DNA of 64,000 nt, taken from Heptranchias perlo (lineage: Eukaryota). The stretch is taken from contig NC_090349.1 in the NCBI RefSeq assembly GCF_035084215.1, positions 24,924,001 to 24,988,000 of the forward strand, written 5' to 3'. This document shows positions 47,771 to 62,059 of this stretch, in pieces. The notes under the pieces were generated by a model. The model saw only the letters and a program-made list of their open reading frames with translations, ran no database searches and was not told where the DNA came from. The translations under genes and the position numbers were made by a program. Numbering within the stretch: the stretch's first letter is position 1; each line of letters opens with the position of its first letter.

Positions 47771-48679
47771 AAGTGTTGCCTAATGTGTGTGCATTTGTGA
47801 GCGCACTTTCTCTTGCTCTCAAACATGCACAGTGATATTGGAGACTATTTTACGTTTTAGTATAGTTTCTTCAGAGAATAAGAATTTAAATACTTGACTA
47901 AATTGAAAGTGTTTCTGTGAAATTCTGTACTTCTGAAACCAATTTTGGAGAAAAATACAAGGATCCTTGACATGGAGGATACATCATACTGTATTACTTG
48001 CCTCATGTAAAAACAAAAATCCCCTTTAAAATACATTGTAAGGATCAAGCAACATACTGTAGGGTCTGTTACAATACAGTCTAATAAGAGTATTATTCTC
48101 ACTACATTGTAGTTGGGTCATATTCAAAAAACAAGTTATATTTTTAAAAGTCATATGGGTGAGTTTTATTTAAAATTTTATATATACACTTATATTTTAT
48201 TCATGGAATCCTAGAGGTAACTTCCATGAACAGACTGCTGCTTGAAGCACAGCAAAAACCTACATTAGAAAAAGATACTGCACTGCAATTGGTGACTGCA
48301 AAGAATGGGTTCTTGTTTTCAACTTGTTATAGGCTGTGTCCCATTGTTCTAACCAAGCCTCAAGCAACAATGGAGCAAGAGAACAGTGGTAAGCATTGAG
48401 AGCAGGTTTGTTATGCACAGTTACTGGTGACTATTTTCTATATAATGATAAAAATTAACATGACAAGACAATTTTGGAAAGCTTAGAAAAAAATTCTTTG
48501 CTGGATTACCAACGCTTCTGTTATGAATTGAGTCAAGGGAGCTTATGTTGCCTCAGAGACACTGATTTAGTATATCCAACTTATTAGGACACTATATTTG
48601 CATGCGCATCTATTGAACTGTTAGATTTCCACAGACAGTCTGTATAAAATAAAACCATTAACTGCATATAAGTTATAGG

Positions 48680-49085
48680 CTGAGTTGGTTGCACCCTCAT
48701 CTCTGACTCAGAATTTTGTGGTTTCAAGTCCCACCCCAGGATTTGAGCGTGTAATCTAGGCTGACACTTTGTTGCTGCATTGTCAAAAATGCTACCCTTT
48801 TGATGAAGTGTTAAACCAGGGCCCATCTACCTGTTCAAGTGGTTGTAAAAGGTCCTTTGGCACTATTCTAAGATGAGAAGGAAATTCTGATGTCCTGGCC
48901 ATCATTCCTCAATCAATAGCACCAAAAACAAATGATCTGATCATTCATTTCATTTGCTGTTTGTGTGCTTGTTGGCTGCTGCATTTGAGTACACAGCAGT
49001 GACCTCCACTTGAAAAGTAATTGATTGTGGAATACTTTGAGATATCCTGAGGGTGTGATAAAGTGCTACATAAATATGAGTTCTT
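48680..49085 (+). mobile_element. Deu-domain SINE (SacSINE1-like)
   Basis: Collinear with 19689-20060, including aatctaggctgac, gttaaacc, gatgtcctg and the gtgctacataaat tail. Confidence 0.7.
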
Positions 49086-49574
49086 CTTTACTGTTACTTG
49101 GTTTCCTTTTATTTCCATAATCTGGTTAATATTTTCTGTATTACAATCGATAGCATTGTATTCGTATATTTTTCACAAAGCTGTATGCAGTCTGAAGGAG
49201 AATTCCTCCCTTCTAGTTGCATAAATTTATCTGATTATTAAAAAAAAATTATGATCCAGATCCATTGCATCCAAGTGGGACCCAACGTATCTTGATGCAC
49301 ATCACCAGATCTGCCCATCTGACACTCTTCATTACTGGCTGATTTTTTTTTTCTCTAATCAGGAAAGCTGAGTTTAGAGAGGGTGCACATGTTTTATTAA
49401 CTTATTGATGTAAAATTTTGTTCAATATGAAAGATTGTTGGAATATATTTGTTGCTATATGCAACAACAGCCTCTTAATGAGAATACCATGTGATAAAAG
49501 AAGTAGTTACCTAAGAGGGATGCTGTTTGTTTTCTTCCAGTTTTGTTCTTTTTTTTTAAAGCAAGAAATTGTGT

Positions 49575-49895
49575 TTTGTGTGGTTCCACAGTACCGCGCC
49601 CAAGTGGCTGCTCATTAGGTGTGAGCCTGAGCAGTAAATGTTGACAGTTAATTTAGCCACAGGGTATGTCTTGGCTGATCCTGATGACATCTATTTTTTG
49701 TCGATAATTGCTGAACAGCTATTAGGAGTGAGAATGCTGGGCGACTTATTTTTCTCTTTCTCAATCAGCGACCCTGAGGTCATTTACAGTGTCCCCACCA
49801 TCATCCCAGTTTGCATCAGTTAAGTCAGCCCAAACCAGATCAAACTTGGGGTGATCCTGATCTGTATGGCACAGTATACTGTCAAGTGGTGTATT
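49575..49895 (-). mobile_element. LmeSINE1-like SINE
   Basis: cgcccaagtggctgctca...gtgtgagcctgagcagt...cctgatctgtatggcacagta. Confidence 0.55.
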
Positions 49896-52484
49896 AAGTT
49901 GATTGATTTCAATTCATAACATATGCCCAAAAACAGGTTGAAAACTAGTGCATTGGTTGTACCAATAAAAGTTGCACCAGTGACTTTTTTGCTGGCCACT
50001 GCATGGCAAGTTACCCACCCCTCCCCCAACCCTCCCAAATTATGGGTTGTAGAGGATGCTTGGTACTGAATGTTCTTCCAATATTCTAGGTAAAGACAAA
50101 AGGAATCTATCTTATTTTAAAAAAAGAAAGAAAAAGAGTCTGAAAAAAATCTTCTGCCATGCAATTTTAACAAAACTGTGGGAGATTATTTGTGGCAGAG
50201 TGATTCAGGTTTTTCCACAGTGGCAATTATGATCAAATACACCAATTGTACATATCTGATCTTGATCTCATCTCGGAAAACATCTTTCCCTTAATTTTGT
50301 TTGGGTTGTAAAGAAAGATTTGCATCAAACTGGTAGATTTTGGATTTAAAATCAGAAATGAAGTCAGCCCATACTTTGTGCATAGCACATGAACTGACTA
50401 GAGATAGCCCTCACAGTAAACTTTGGGAGATCACATTTAGTTCAGGTTATAGTGATCTCAGTGGTTTGAGAAGTATATTTAGAAGTTCAGAATCCAGCCT
50501 ATGAAGCAGCAACCCCAGTCAAAACTGTTCATACAGACCAACTGTTTTTTCCCGGATTGTACTGGAATGAAACAATACCTGAGCAAAAGTCAACTTTGAC
50601 CGTTAACAAGAAGTCTATTAACTGGCTTATACTGTATTAACAAATCAAACAGTTTTGAGATTTATTTATTAAACAAACTAGCAGGTGAAGCTTTCTGTCC
50701 CTCTCCCAGTACGTGATGTATTTGGAAGGTAAAAAGAATATTAAATTCTCCATAAAACTGCTTTTAAGAACAAATTGTTTGTTGTTTTCAGGCAGCCTTG
50801 TAGTTGACTAGGAAACCTGAGTTCAATCCCAGACTTATTCCTAGGCATTCAGGCTTCCCCAAATATTTCAATTTCACTAATCTTAGTTGGGATTTCTTGG
50901 GGGGTGGGGAGGCTTTCAGAGATGGATAAAATTTCTTGCTGAGTCACTCAAGGTTACCTTGTAGTGGCTTGACAAAAGAGGAGTCCCGATGGCCTTGCAG
51001 CAGACATTGTTAATATTACTCTGTGATTGGCTGACAGGAGATTTACTTCAATGAGGCAGAATTAATTATTCTCGCCCTGGGTGGGACACCCGTTTTGAAT
51101 ATTGAGAACCCTGCACATCATTAATTTTCCTAGTACTTAGTATTGAACTTGTATAAACAATCCAACTTTGCTGTTTCTGTTATGGCAGTAATCATTTCTG
51201 CAATTATTAGGTTAATAAACAATACTTGATACATTGCACTATTATCCAAAAGGCAAAACTTCTTATTAAATATTTGCTCAGTGGTTTGCAGAAAGAAGTG
51301 TTAAAGTCATGGTGATTTAACACCAGCCTGTTAAAATGAACCAGCCTAAGCTGGTTCATATATCAGTCATCCAGCTAGCAAACCAATGACCACAATGGCA
51401 TTCCAGTGTTTGTTTTTGTTGCAAACAGGCACTAGTTTTCTGTAAATGGGATCTGAAGAATTGCGTTAAAAGTACCAGGCCCATACCAGCTAGCTTAACG
51501 ATCATTGCCTGATTATATCAGATTTCTGTTCTTAATGAATTGGCACATGCCTCTACAGAACACTTTAGGTGTAGCAAACTCAACAAAATTGCTCTGTATT
51601 TGAAGAGGTTAAATGACTTGTAGATTTAGATGTCTTATATTTGATGCCATGAGGAATCCTTTTTTTTTGCTAAAATATTTATTTTTGGTTTCTAACTATA
51701 AGTAGAAATGTTTAGTATTGAAGGACCCAACATATTTGAATAAATTCTCCTTTGGATACTTTCCATTTCTGAAGTGTGACTTAAAAGAAGACATTACAGA
51801 ATATCCACTTTTTCTTATTTGCTTCCTTATCTTTAAAATAGACTAGCCTCATTTACTGTTATTTACATCTGTGCCCAGCGAGAGTGGTATTTCAATGTTC
51901 CACCTTGCCAAAACCTAGAGAAAAAAAGTTGAATAAAATAATGAAGTTTGAAAAATCTTCAGTGTATCTTGGAACTAGTTACCTAGTGTCAATTTGGTCC
52001 AAGGCTAATATTTGATGTTTTCTGATATTAAAATGATTTTCACTGAAAAGAAAATCCAAGTTTTGGATGAAATGGTCAAAGATGATACTAAATGCAAAAA
52101 CAAATTGATATTTTATTTGTCAGGGATTAAATCCAAATGCTAGTAGATACTTCAAAATAATTAAGCAGTGAAAAGCTGTAATATATTAATGTGGACTTGG
52201 GAATGCAGTGAATAAGAAATTTAGATTATTTAAATCAGAGTATGCATTTGTTTTGAAGGGCATGAAAGATTGTATTTATATATGTATTTGTGTTCCTGTT
52301 GTATAATCAATATTTAATGTATGTTCTATCTCCAAATTTATAGTTTAATCTCAATTTATCATGGATAATCAAACTGCTGCCAATTGGTTTTGCATGTCCT
52401 TATCTGTATGGGTGAAATTACTTTCTAAAGCTTAGAGTGGCATTACTCATACTAAGGAAGAAGGGTTTAGAACTGTTATTTTGT

Positions 52485-54950
52485 CGTGAGATAGGGGTAA
52501 GGCCATGAAGGGATTTAAACACAAGGATGAGAATTTTAAAGTGAAGGTTGTTGGGGGACTGGGAATCAATGTACGTCAGCATGGACAGGAATGATGGGTG
52601 AGCGGGGACTTATTGTGGAATTGGATACAGGTAGCAGAGTTTTGGATGAGCTGACATTTACAGAGCATGGAGGATGGGAGGCTGGGCAAGTGAGCATTGG
52701 AATAGTTGAGCCTGGAGGAGCCAAAGGCCAGGTTGAGAGTTTCAGCAGCAGATGCATTGAGGCAGAGTTGTGGGTGGGCACTGTTATGGAGGTTAAAGTA
52801 GGCGATCATTGTGATGGAGAGGGTATGGGGTTAGAAGCTGAACTAGGGACTGAATAGGATGCTGAGGTTGCGAACAGTCTGGTTCAACCCGTGACAGTGG
52901 CTGAGGAGGGGGATGGAATCGGCGCTAAGGGTGCGGAGTTTGTAATGGGGGCCGATGATCATGGCATTAGTCTTTCCAATGTTTAACTGCAGGAAATGGC
53001 AGCTCATCCAAGACTGGATGTCTGATGATTAGGCTGACAGCACAAAGGCAGTGGTGAGGTTGAGACAGTTGGTGGATGTTGTCAGCGTATATGTCTTCGA
53101 ATGATGTCACCAAGGGATAGCATGCAGATAAGGAAGAGGAGGGAGCCAAGAATGGATTCTTGAGGGACTCCAGAGGTAACTGTGCAGGGGCAGTGAGAGA
53201 AGCCATTACTGGAGATGCACTGGTCACGATTGTATAGGTAAGAGTGGAATCAACCAAGGGCAGTCCCGTTGAGCTGGACCACGGAGGAGAGGCTTTGGAA
53301 GGGGTTGGTGTGGTCAATCGTATTAAAGGCTGCCGAGAGGTTGACAAGTACAATCACAGTTGGTGTCATTTGTAACTTGGCTGTTTCAACAACAACAACT
53401 TGCATTTATATAGTGCCTTTAACATAATAAAGTGTCGCAAGGTGCTTCACAGGAGTGTTACCAAACAAAATTTGACACCAAGCCACACGAGATATTAGGA
53501 CAAGTGACCAAAAGCTTGGTCAAAAGGATAAGTTTTAAGAAACGTCTTAAAGGAGGAGAGAGCGGTTTAGGGAGGGAATTTCTAGTATCAGTGCTATGGC
53601 AGGTGTGAAAATCTGATTGGAGAGATTCAAACGTAGATTTGGGAGGTGACAACACATTCAAGGACTTTGGAGAGGAAAGGGAGGTTGGAGATGGGGTAGT
53701 AGTTTGCGAGGACAGAGGGGTTGAGCGTTGGTTCTTTGAGGAGGTGGATGATGACAGTAGTTCTGAAACAGAGTGGGACAGTACCTCAGGAGAAAGAATC
53801 ATGTACAATATCAGCTAGCCTGGGGGCCAGGAGAAGAAGTTGGATGGTCAGCAGTTTAGTGGGAATGGGATCATGGAAGCAGGAGGTGGGTCTTATGGAC
53901 AAGATGAGCTCTGAGGGAAAATGGGGAAATAGAGAAACTAGAGAAAAACGTGGGTTCAGGGCTGGGGCAGGTTTGGCTTGGTGGGCAAGGGGAAGGAGGG
54001 AGTAAGCAGAATAGACAGCTAAATGGGTGATCTTAATCTTAGTGACAAAGAAGTCCATGAGCTCCCCGCACTTGTTGGCAGTGAGAGCTGGGGATGCAGG
54101 AGAGAGGAGTTTAAAGAGACAGTTGGTAGTGGAGAAAAGCAGCTGGGGGTTGCCTTTGCTCTCCAGGATGATCCTAGCACAGTGGGCGGTTTTGGCAGAT
54201 GAGAGTGAGGCTTGATAGTGCTTGATGTGTCCAGCCAGATCTGATGATCAATGGCTAAACCAGTTGTGCACGAGATAAGCACAAGTCTGCACCCCTTGGA
54301 CTTGAGGGGAGCAAAGATGGGGCCCATAATAAGGGGAGCAACTGGTGTAGGAGAGATTAAAGGTTTTACTGGGGGCAAAGGCATCAGATTTGGAGGTGAG
54401 GGGATGGTAGATCGACAGCTGCAGAAGTATCGTGGCTAGGCAGTTGGCAGCTTGAAAGTGCAATTGTAAGTGACTTGGGGAAGGGTTTTTTCTCGGGCGG
54501 ACACAGACTGAAGTAAGGTTGGAAGACAGTAGGGAAATGTGGATGGTGAGGAATACAAGGAAGTAGTTGGAGATGGCCTTATCTATGATCAAGACCATGG
54601 GAGTAGAGAGGCCATATGAGATGGTGAGGTTGAGGCCGTGTTTATGTGGAGGGAGAGCTTTAAAAAGAACAGGAGGACAATTAAATCAGAGGAGAGAGGG
54701 CAATGTGAGTTGAGATTGAGATCACCCAGAATGAGGAATTGCTTAGTGCAGAGGCTGAGGGAAGAAAGCAGGGAGGATATCTCGGAGAAAGGTCATGGGG
54801 GTGGGGGCGATAGAAATCACTGTTTTTAAAAGAGATCGAGAGGGGTGAAACAAAGTGAGGTGCTCTAAGGAGGAGAAGATGCCAGAGGAGGAATGTGGTA
54901 ATCAGGGCCACACTGTTACTGCGGCGGCGTCACCACAGTAGCTTTTTCTT
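52485..54950 (-). mobile_element. degenerate L2 LINE, with a second L2 3' end inserted at ~53388-53580
   Basis: Minus-strand fragments SRLNYSNA, IQNSA, YADN, DPIPTKLL, DFFVTKI; inserted tail caacaacaacaacttgcatttatatag. Confidence 0.8.
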
Positions 54951-55360
54951 CAAGATAACGATGAAGCTTGTGGTGTTCTTGACTTCAGCAGGTAGCGCAG
55001 CCAGCTCCTGTTGAAACTATTTCAACAGTTTTGGTTTGTCTGTCTGTAGTGCAGGTGATAGTATAATGTATATTGGGTTATAGTACAGCAATATAATTCT
55101 CTGCTGTAACAGGATGTGATGTAATTTAACATTTTCCCTGTTAGCCTCCTATCAAAGTGTACCGAACCAAATTGCACTTTGCACTCGAGCAACCCTGATA
55201 CAGAAAGACCTTTTGACTGCACATGAATAGTTTGAGTCAGCATGCTTGGGTAGGTCTGCTCTCACTTATACCACATACAGAACAAGACCTACAGTTTCCT
55301 TTGTTCTGTATGGAAGCTGTGTTTTAAGACCTATAATGGTTTCTAATGTATGATAATGAT

Positions 55361-55610
55361 GTGGGGGACACAGTGGATTACAGCACTATACATTTAGCTC
55401 TGGATCTGGGTTTGAATCTGGCCTAGAGTGGTGGGAAGAGTGTTTTCTTCTCCCTGGCAGCTGTAAGGGTTGTATGTGAAATGAGTTTGTGTGTTCCCAC
55501 CATGTTGTAACTACATATCTGGGGCACAAAATTATTCATAACTTGACACCAAATTGGTAGTGTAAAGAAACAGAAAAATGGCTGGTCTGAGAAATGTAAA
55601 CACTTTCATT
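55361..55610 (+). mobile_element. LF-SINE-like element
   Basis: tRNA-like head (ctgggtttgaatctggcc) then tatgtgaaatgagtt and cacaaaa...aaattgg, which resemble my recollection of the LF-SINE consensus. Confidence 0.4.
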
Positions 55611-55814
55611 AATATTTTTTCATGCTTTCACTAGTAGATCTCCTGTGGCAATGTGTACAGAGGAAAATATAGATAAATAATAGTTTGGAGCAGTTTGCCA
55701 TGGTTGTCCTTCAGTTTTAGAGACCATTAATATGTGGCATAAATATTCAAGAGGATAAAAAAGGGAAATCCACATGTTTTAATGCTTTTTATTTGCTCTC
55801 CTGTCTTCCTTTTT

Positions 55815-56708
55815 TGAAACAAAGTGTCTGCAAAGGGATATTGACAGGTTAAGCAAATGGGCAAAAATTTGACAGATGGAATATAATGTGGGAAAATGTG
55901 AAGTCATCCACTTTGGGAGGAAAAATAAAAAAGCAAAATAGTATTTGAATGGAGAAATACTACAAAATGTTGCGGTACACAGGAATCTGGGTGTCCGCGT
56001 ACATGAAACACACAAAGTCAACACACAGGTGCAGCAGGTAATCCGGAAGGCAAACGGAATATTGGCCTTTATTTCTAGGGAGTTGGAGTATAAAAGCAGG
56101 GAAATCAGGCTACAACTGTATATGGTGCTGGTGAAGCCACACCTGGAGTACTGCGTACAGTTCTGGCACCCTTATTTAAGGAAGGACATACTTGCATTGG
56201 AGGCAGTTCAGAGAAGGTTCACTCGGTTGATTCCGGGTATGGAAGGATTGTCTAATGAGGAAAGATTGATCAGGTTGGGTCTATACTCATTGGAGTTTAG
56301 AAGAATGAGAGGAGATCTTATTGAAACATACAAGATTCTGAGGGCGCACTCGATAGGGTAGATGCTGAGAGGATGTTACCCCTCATGGGGGAATCTAAAG
56401 CTAGGGGGCATAGTCTCAGAATAAGGAGTCGCCTGTTTAAGACAGAAATGAGGAGGAATTTCTTCTCCCAGAGGGTGGTGAATCTTTGGAATTCTTTACC
56501 CCAAAAAGCTGTGGAGGCTGAGTCATTGAATACATTCAAGGCTGAGTTAGACAAATTTTTGATCAGCAAGGGAGTCAAAGGATATGGGGAAAAGGGCGGG
56601 AAAGTGGAGTTGAGGTAAAAATCAGATCAGCCATGATCTCATTAAATGGTGGCGCAGGCTCAAGGGGCCGAATGGCCTACTCCTGCTCCTATCTCTTATG
56701 GTCTTATC
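55815..56708 (+). mobile_element. 5'-truncated CR1 LINE
   Basis: ORFs 55945-56361 and 56373-56618 ([37 protein letters not shown]); tcttatggtcttat tail. Confidence 0.95.
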
Positions 56709-57217
56709 TGACTCATTTGAATCTTCTGAGTAGACCTCCTTCACGGTAAGAATTACACAATATATGAGGGTCTGGTATTGATTCAGAGGTTCTTATTATT
56801 GCAATAGGTTAAGGTAAGTCTGAGCTAAAAAAAAATTAAAGGGGGAATGTGGTGTACAATTATGTTTCTCCCCATCCCACAAAAAATAAAATTCCTTCAA
56901 CTGTGCACCATTCCTTGAGCTGTAGATAGTTTTCCTGTCCCCAGCCATTTTGAAATGCAAGTCCATTGACTGACTCTCTGACGTTTCTTTTTCTGATGAA
57001 GGAATTCACTGTCTCAGGCTGCCTGGGGTGCAAAGATTTGGAGCTTTAATTTCTAGTGCAAAAATTGCGAACAGGTAGGACTGATTTGGGAAAAGTGTAG
57101 GACTTCACTCCTTGTTATTTGTGGATCATTACAAACATAATCACAGAAAGGTTTATTACTTGGTTTCCAAATGATCCAATGGATGAATGGACTGTTTTCT
57201 GTGATACTGAGTCATAG

Positions 57218-57269
57218 CAGAAAAGTCACTGGTTTAATCTACACAGAAAAGTCACTGGTTTAGTCTGCA
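57218..57269. repeat. 26-bp tandem duplication
   Basis: cagaaaagtcactggtttaatctaca followed by cagaaaagtcactggtttagtctgca. Confidence 0.85.
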
Positions 57270-57274
57270 CACAT

Positions 57275-58340
57275 TATCTGATCCTTCTCAGAACCTTATC
57301 AAATATCTTCTATCTGCCATGTTAGTGGCCTCCTCAGAAAATTCAACTGGATTAGTCAGACGTTGTGTACCCTTCATAAGTCAATGTTCTACTCTCTTTG
57401 ATCAGTTCATACTTATTCAAGTAGTCAGTCACTCTGTCCCTGATTATAGATTCCAGTAACTGCCCCACAACTGACATTAAACTAACAGGTCTGTAGTTTT
57501 CTGGGTTCTCCCTCCCTCCTTCCCTTCTTAAATGATGGAGTGACATTTGCAATTTTCCAACCCAAAGACACAATTCCCAAATCTAGAGAACTTTGGAAAA
57601 TTATTACTAAAGCATCTGCAATTTCTTCACATTTCTTTTAATACCTGGGGGCAGAAACCATCAGGATCTGGAGATTTAGCTATCTCTTAGCCACATTAAT
57701 TTCCCCAGTACCATTTTTTAAACTTGTATTAAATACATTAAGTTCCTCCCCTTGACTTACTTTTAGGTTCCCTTGTTACCGCTGGTATTTTGTCCTTTTC
57801 CTCTACTGTGAAAACGGATACAAAGTACTCCTTTAGCAAGTCTGTCATTGCCTTATTATCCATTATCGTTTCACCTGCATCTGTCTTAATTGGGCCCACA
57901 TTCCTCCTTACTACACTCTCTTAATATATTTAAAGCATCTTTTACTGCTAGTTTTGATTATCCTATTCATTTTTCATAATTCCCTTTTTGAACCTCATTG
58001 TTTTCTTTCTATCCCTTTGTTTCTTTTTATAGATCTCCAAATCCGCTGGATTTTCACTTTTCCTTGGATTTGTGTAAGCCTTTTCTTTTAGCTTGATATT
58101 GTCTCTTATCTCATTTGTTGACCGTGGTGGCTTAACTGCACAAGTGGAGCTTTTGCCCTTTAGGCACTGATTTTGTATTGTACCAAAAACTTATTTGAAT
58201 AGTTCCCACTGTTTGTAGGTTTACCCATTAACAATCCACCCCTGTTTACTGTGTTCAATTTATTTCTCATCCCTTTGAAGTTTGCCTTATTTAAATTTAA
58301 AGCCTTGGTTTGTGTCTCCCTTCTTCCTCTCAAATCCAGA
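57275..58340 (-). mobile_element. degenerate CR1 internal fragment
   Basis: ENYRPVSLMSVVGQLLESIIRDRV in ORF 57352..57573. Confidence 0.85.
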
Positions 58341-59300
58341 AATTAATTGCCTTTACTCCTTGTGCGTTCTGCTTCTCCCAGTTTATATGGAAATTAAAAT
58401 CTCCCATCATAAGAGGAAAGGGGGAAATTTATCAGTGAAATCTGAGTTACATAATGTTACGATCTGGTTTCATTTTCATCATGCCAGTCATGAAGCATCG
58501 TGGGATTAAAATTACAGTTTTTTTTTCATGGATACAAATGGGAAACTTCCATATATCTGCTTTTGGACTATACACGTGTAATTAAATGTGGATCTTTAAA
58601 TAGCTATTGATCGTACTACAGTAGGTGGGGAAATTTCAGAGTTCCTGGTTTCTAATGAACTTTAATGGTAACTGTTTAATACCTGTGTATGCAAATGAAG
58701 TGCTATGCACAGTAGGACCTTTTTATATACAACCTTTTCACAGTATTGCACTGTATCAGAATTTTACTAGTGCAACAGCTAACTGGCTATGTTGCATATA
58801 AAATTCAAATCAGGCCTGAAATCAGAGCAAACTAAGAAAGCAGAAATAGATTAATATTTAGAGGGTAAAGACAGCCTTTAAGTGAGGCAGATAAATTCTG
58901 TGTAATAGATGGTAAAGTCAGAAACTTGATATGAGGACAAAAGAAAAGCTGCAAAAAGAATTATTGAAAAGCAACTTGAGGAAAGAAATAAAGCATTTCT
59001 AAACAGAGCAGCAAAATTGAAACTGCCTGGACCAGTACTTCAATCGCATTCCAATAAGTATGAATTGACTCTTTGCACATGGATTGGCTTTCATGCTTAA
59101 CTATAAGCAAATGGTAAGTTCATTATAACAAAATAGGTTTTCCATTCAATTATGTAGCAGGTGAATGAGACTTGCTGGATAGAATCTTACTTTATGTAGG
59201 TTCACCCGCAGTTATAAAATGTACAAAAGTAGGCACAATATTAATTTCTATTGCCTTAGTAAAAAGATAAATTAATGGATATTCAATTTTATGTAGTGAT

Positions 59301-59348
59301 AGATCACTTACAGTACACAAAGTCAGATCACTTACAGTACACAAAGTC
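59301..59348. repeat. perfect 24-bp tandem duplication
   Basis: agatcacttacagtacacaaagtc x2. Confidence 0.9.
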
Positions 59349-62059
59349 TTCACTTTACTGGTAACTTGAGAGCCATAAATTATGCAGGTACTTTATTCAA
59401 GAAAGCGTAATGCCATGTGAAATGTTCAGCTTTCAGACTACTGATTGAGAAAGTAGGACAAGTGTCTCAGTCAAGATGTGCCTGACTTTGAATATTGTGC
59501 TGTCCTTTTGTTAACACTGATGTGTTCATAAAATCTTCATTCAGGCAGTCTGAGATCAAACATATATAAAACCTGTTCAAATAGTATGCAAACTTCTTTT
59601 GTTTAATTATTTTCTCCCTGTAGCATTCTTATAATTACAGGCCAGCTGGGAGGGGAGGATGAGCTAAGTTGTCATCAATGCCACTGTTAGTCAGCTGATG
59701 GGAAGGGCATTTATCCAGGGGGCTGGTTCTGCCAGTTTTTCTTTCCTTTGAGATGGAGTAGTGAGATAATGAGGTCAAACAAGTTTTGAATGGCTTTGAG
59801 GCTGAAATTTAATTTGTCACTTTCTGGTTTGGATCTTAATCACAACTTGTTTCTATAGTTTTGAATAGTGCACCATATAGAGAGATTACTATATTTTCTC
59901 TGGTTCCTTTGGTTTGAAGGAAACAACTGGAATATTGCTGACATTTCTGAAACTGTAAATTTCATATTTCAGTGTGTGTTTTGTTCATTGTACCTTAAAA
60001 TATTGATAACTTAACTCATTGTGTTATCTCCTGTGCCTTTAGACTCTCCAGAGGACTAAATTAAAATGTGAATGTCAAAAATGTCAGACTCCAGTTCCAA
60101 TTATAAACCAATGTATTTGCTTGGAAGCCAAGTCATTTGGACCCCTCATGTTTATTCCCTATGTCTCTTGGTGAACAAACTATTAGCATAGCTCCAGTTC
60201 AAAGGACAAACAATGGGTCACTTTTTAAACTATAATTTACTCCTGAAATTTAGGAGATGTTTAGAGTCGACCGCATTTTATTTGCATGATAACCCTTTTG
60301 CTTTTGGAGTGTAAGCTGGCAATGATAATCACACTCCCATTACTTCAAAACCTGGATAAAGAATGTATATTTGCTAATCCACTGCCGTATGCAAAATGTC
60401 AGCCTAAATTAATTCTGATTTTATGCCACACTTCAAATATTGGTGTGGCATTAAATCACCAATGTGGTGTTAAAAGTGCAGTATGAAATGAGCAAATACA
60501 CATCTAACAAGATCATCTGGAGGCAGTAAGGATGCCTATTAGCTTAAGTTAAAACAAGTAGTGCAAAATTCCACTAATAAAACAAGTTTTTTTAAAACCA
60601 AAAACAATCTCTGGAGGCTTCCTGTATCACTGTTTGCATTTTAATGATTGAATACAACTATTATCAATTAGCTCTTTTACATTAAATATTGTAACACCAA
60701 TTGGAGACTGATAACCATTGCTTCATGCATATGCTTAGTATGCACATGTAGAACTGCGCCTTCTCATTCTTCATAGCTAGTTGACCAGGTAGTAATTGTA
60801 CATCTCCTTGCTCATGTAGGCTTAAAAGTGGAACCAACATTGCACCCTTTTAGTGTATTATGAAAGAGGGATAAGAAATGTACCACAGGGACTGGATGTA
60901 GTCTAACAGGAAATATAAAGCACCTTGTACTGATAATGGTGATTGCATTAAAATACAGAATGCAGAATATTCTGGATCTATGTTTTCCATTCAGTGAATC
61001 TCCAAAATTGTCAGAAGATATCAAGAGTTAAAATTGTATCCATTAAAAGCGTTTGCATGAGCTACCAATCCTTTTGTAAACCCAGCACCTTCCCTAAGCT
61101 ATCTCAGATGTGTTGCTCATTCCATTGATAATGGCAGCAACCACACCCATTGGGTGTGTATGTTCGTTAAAAGAGCTTGTCTGTTTGAATTTTGTCTGAC
61201 TGCCATCCAGAAATTACATAAGGCTTTGTGGCAGTTTTCTCATTTTGGCACCTAATTTCTGTTGCAGTATTTTTCTTTTTAATTATTTGCAAGATTACAC
61301 AGTATCTGCATACTCCAGTAAGTCTTATGATAATAGTACAGTGTGTTCAATATGATAAAGAAATGAAAGAGATTTTCTGATAGTGGTTCAAGATAGTGGA
61401 AAAACAACTGACAATTGTGTGTGTAATGGTGGGTGACATCCAAAAATATAGCAAGATCATAATTTTCATGAGATCAGCTTTACAACTATAGTATAGATTT
61501 ATCAGCTAACTATGTTCTTTTATGAAAAGATTTAGCAAAGAGCTGGATATGTTACTGCTTTTACTAGGCACGTATAATAAAGAAAATATATGCTGAATAT
61601 GTACTTTCTCCTCAAAGTATACTGACATGGGTAATTTTGGATAAGTGATTATGAAATAGCAGACTAATGTATGGGATGCTGCCTCAACAACTCTTCTGGA
61701 TCATATTGAAGGAGCCAAGATTCCGTTTCTCTATTATTACTTTTAGATTTTGCATTAGGAGTGTCTAGATTTTTTTTTGCTGACATGACATGGAATTGTG
61801 TAATTTGAATGCTATAAATGACATTTAGTACTCTGTGGTAATGTTAAATAATGAACTAGGAATATTTGTTAAATATATAATTTGGCATATATTTGGTTAA
61901 AAGACTTGAAAGTGCCATGCCATAGCCTTTTTTCTGTTTTTACTTATGATATTTCCAGATATTTCTTTTAAAAATAAATTCTTGCAATTTTAATATGAGG
62001 GTAAAAATTACTCTCTCCCTGAGCCATTTTTGGTGTCATTGGGCTGCCAGCTTTTTTAA

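Noticed and set aside
59630-59790. E-box (CAGCTG) cluster as an intronic enhancer
   Set aside because: Short motifs are expected by chance; it cannot be supported without conservation or chromatin data.
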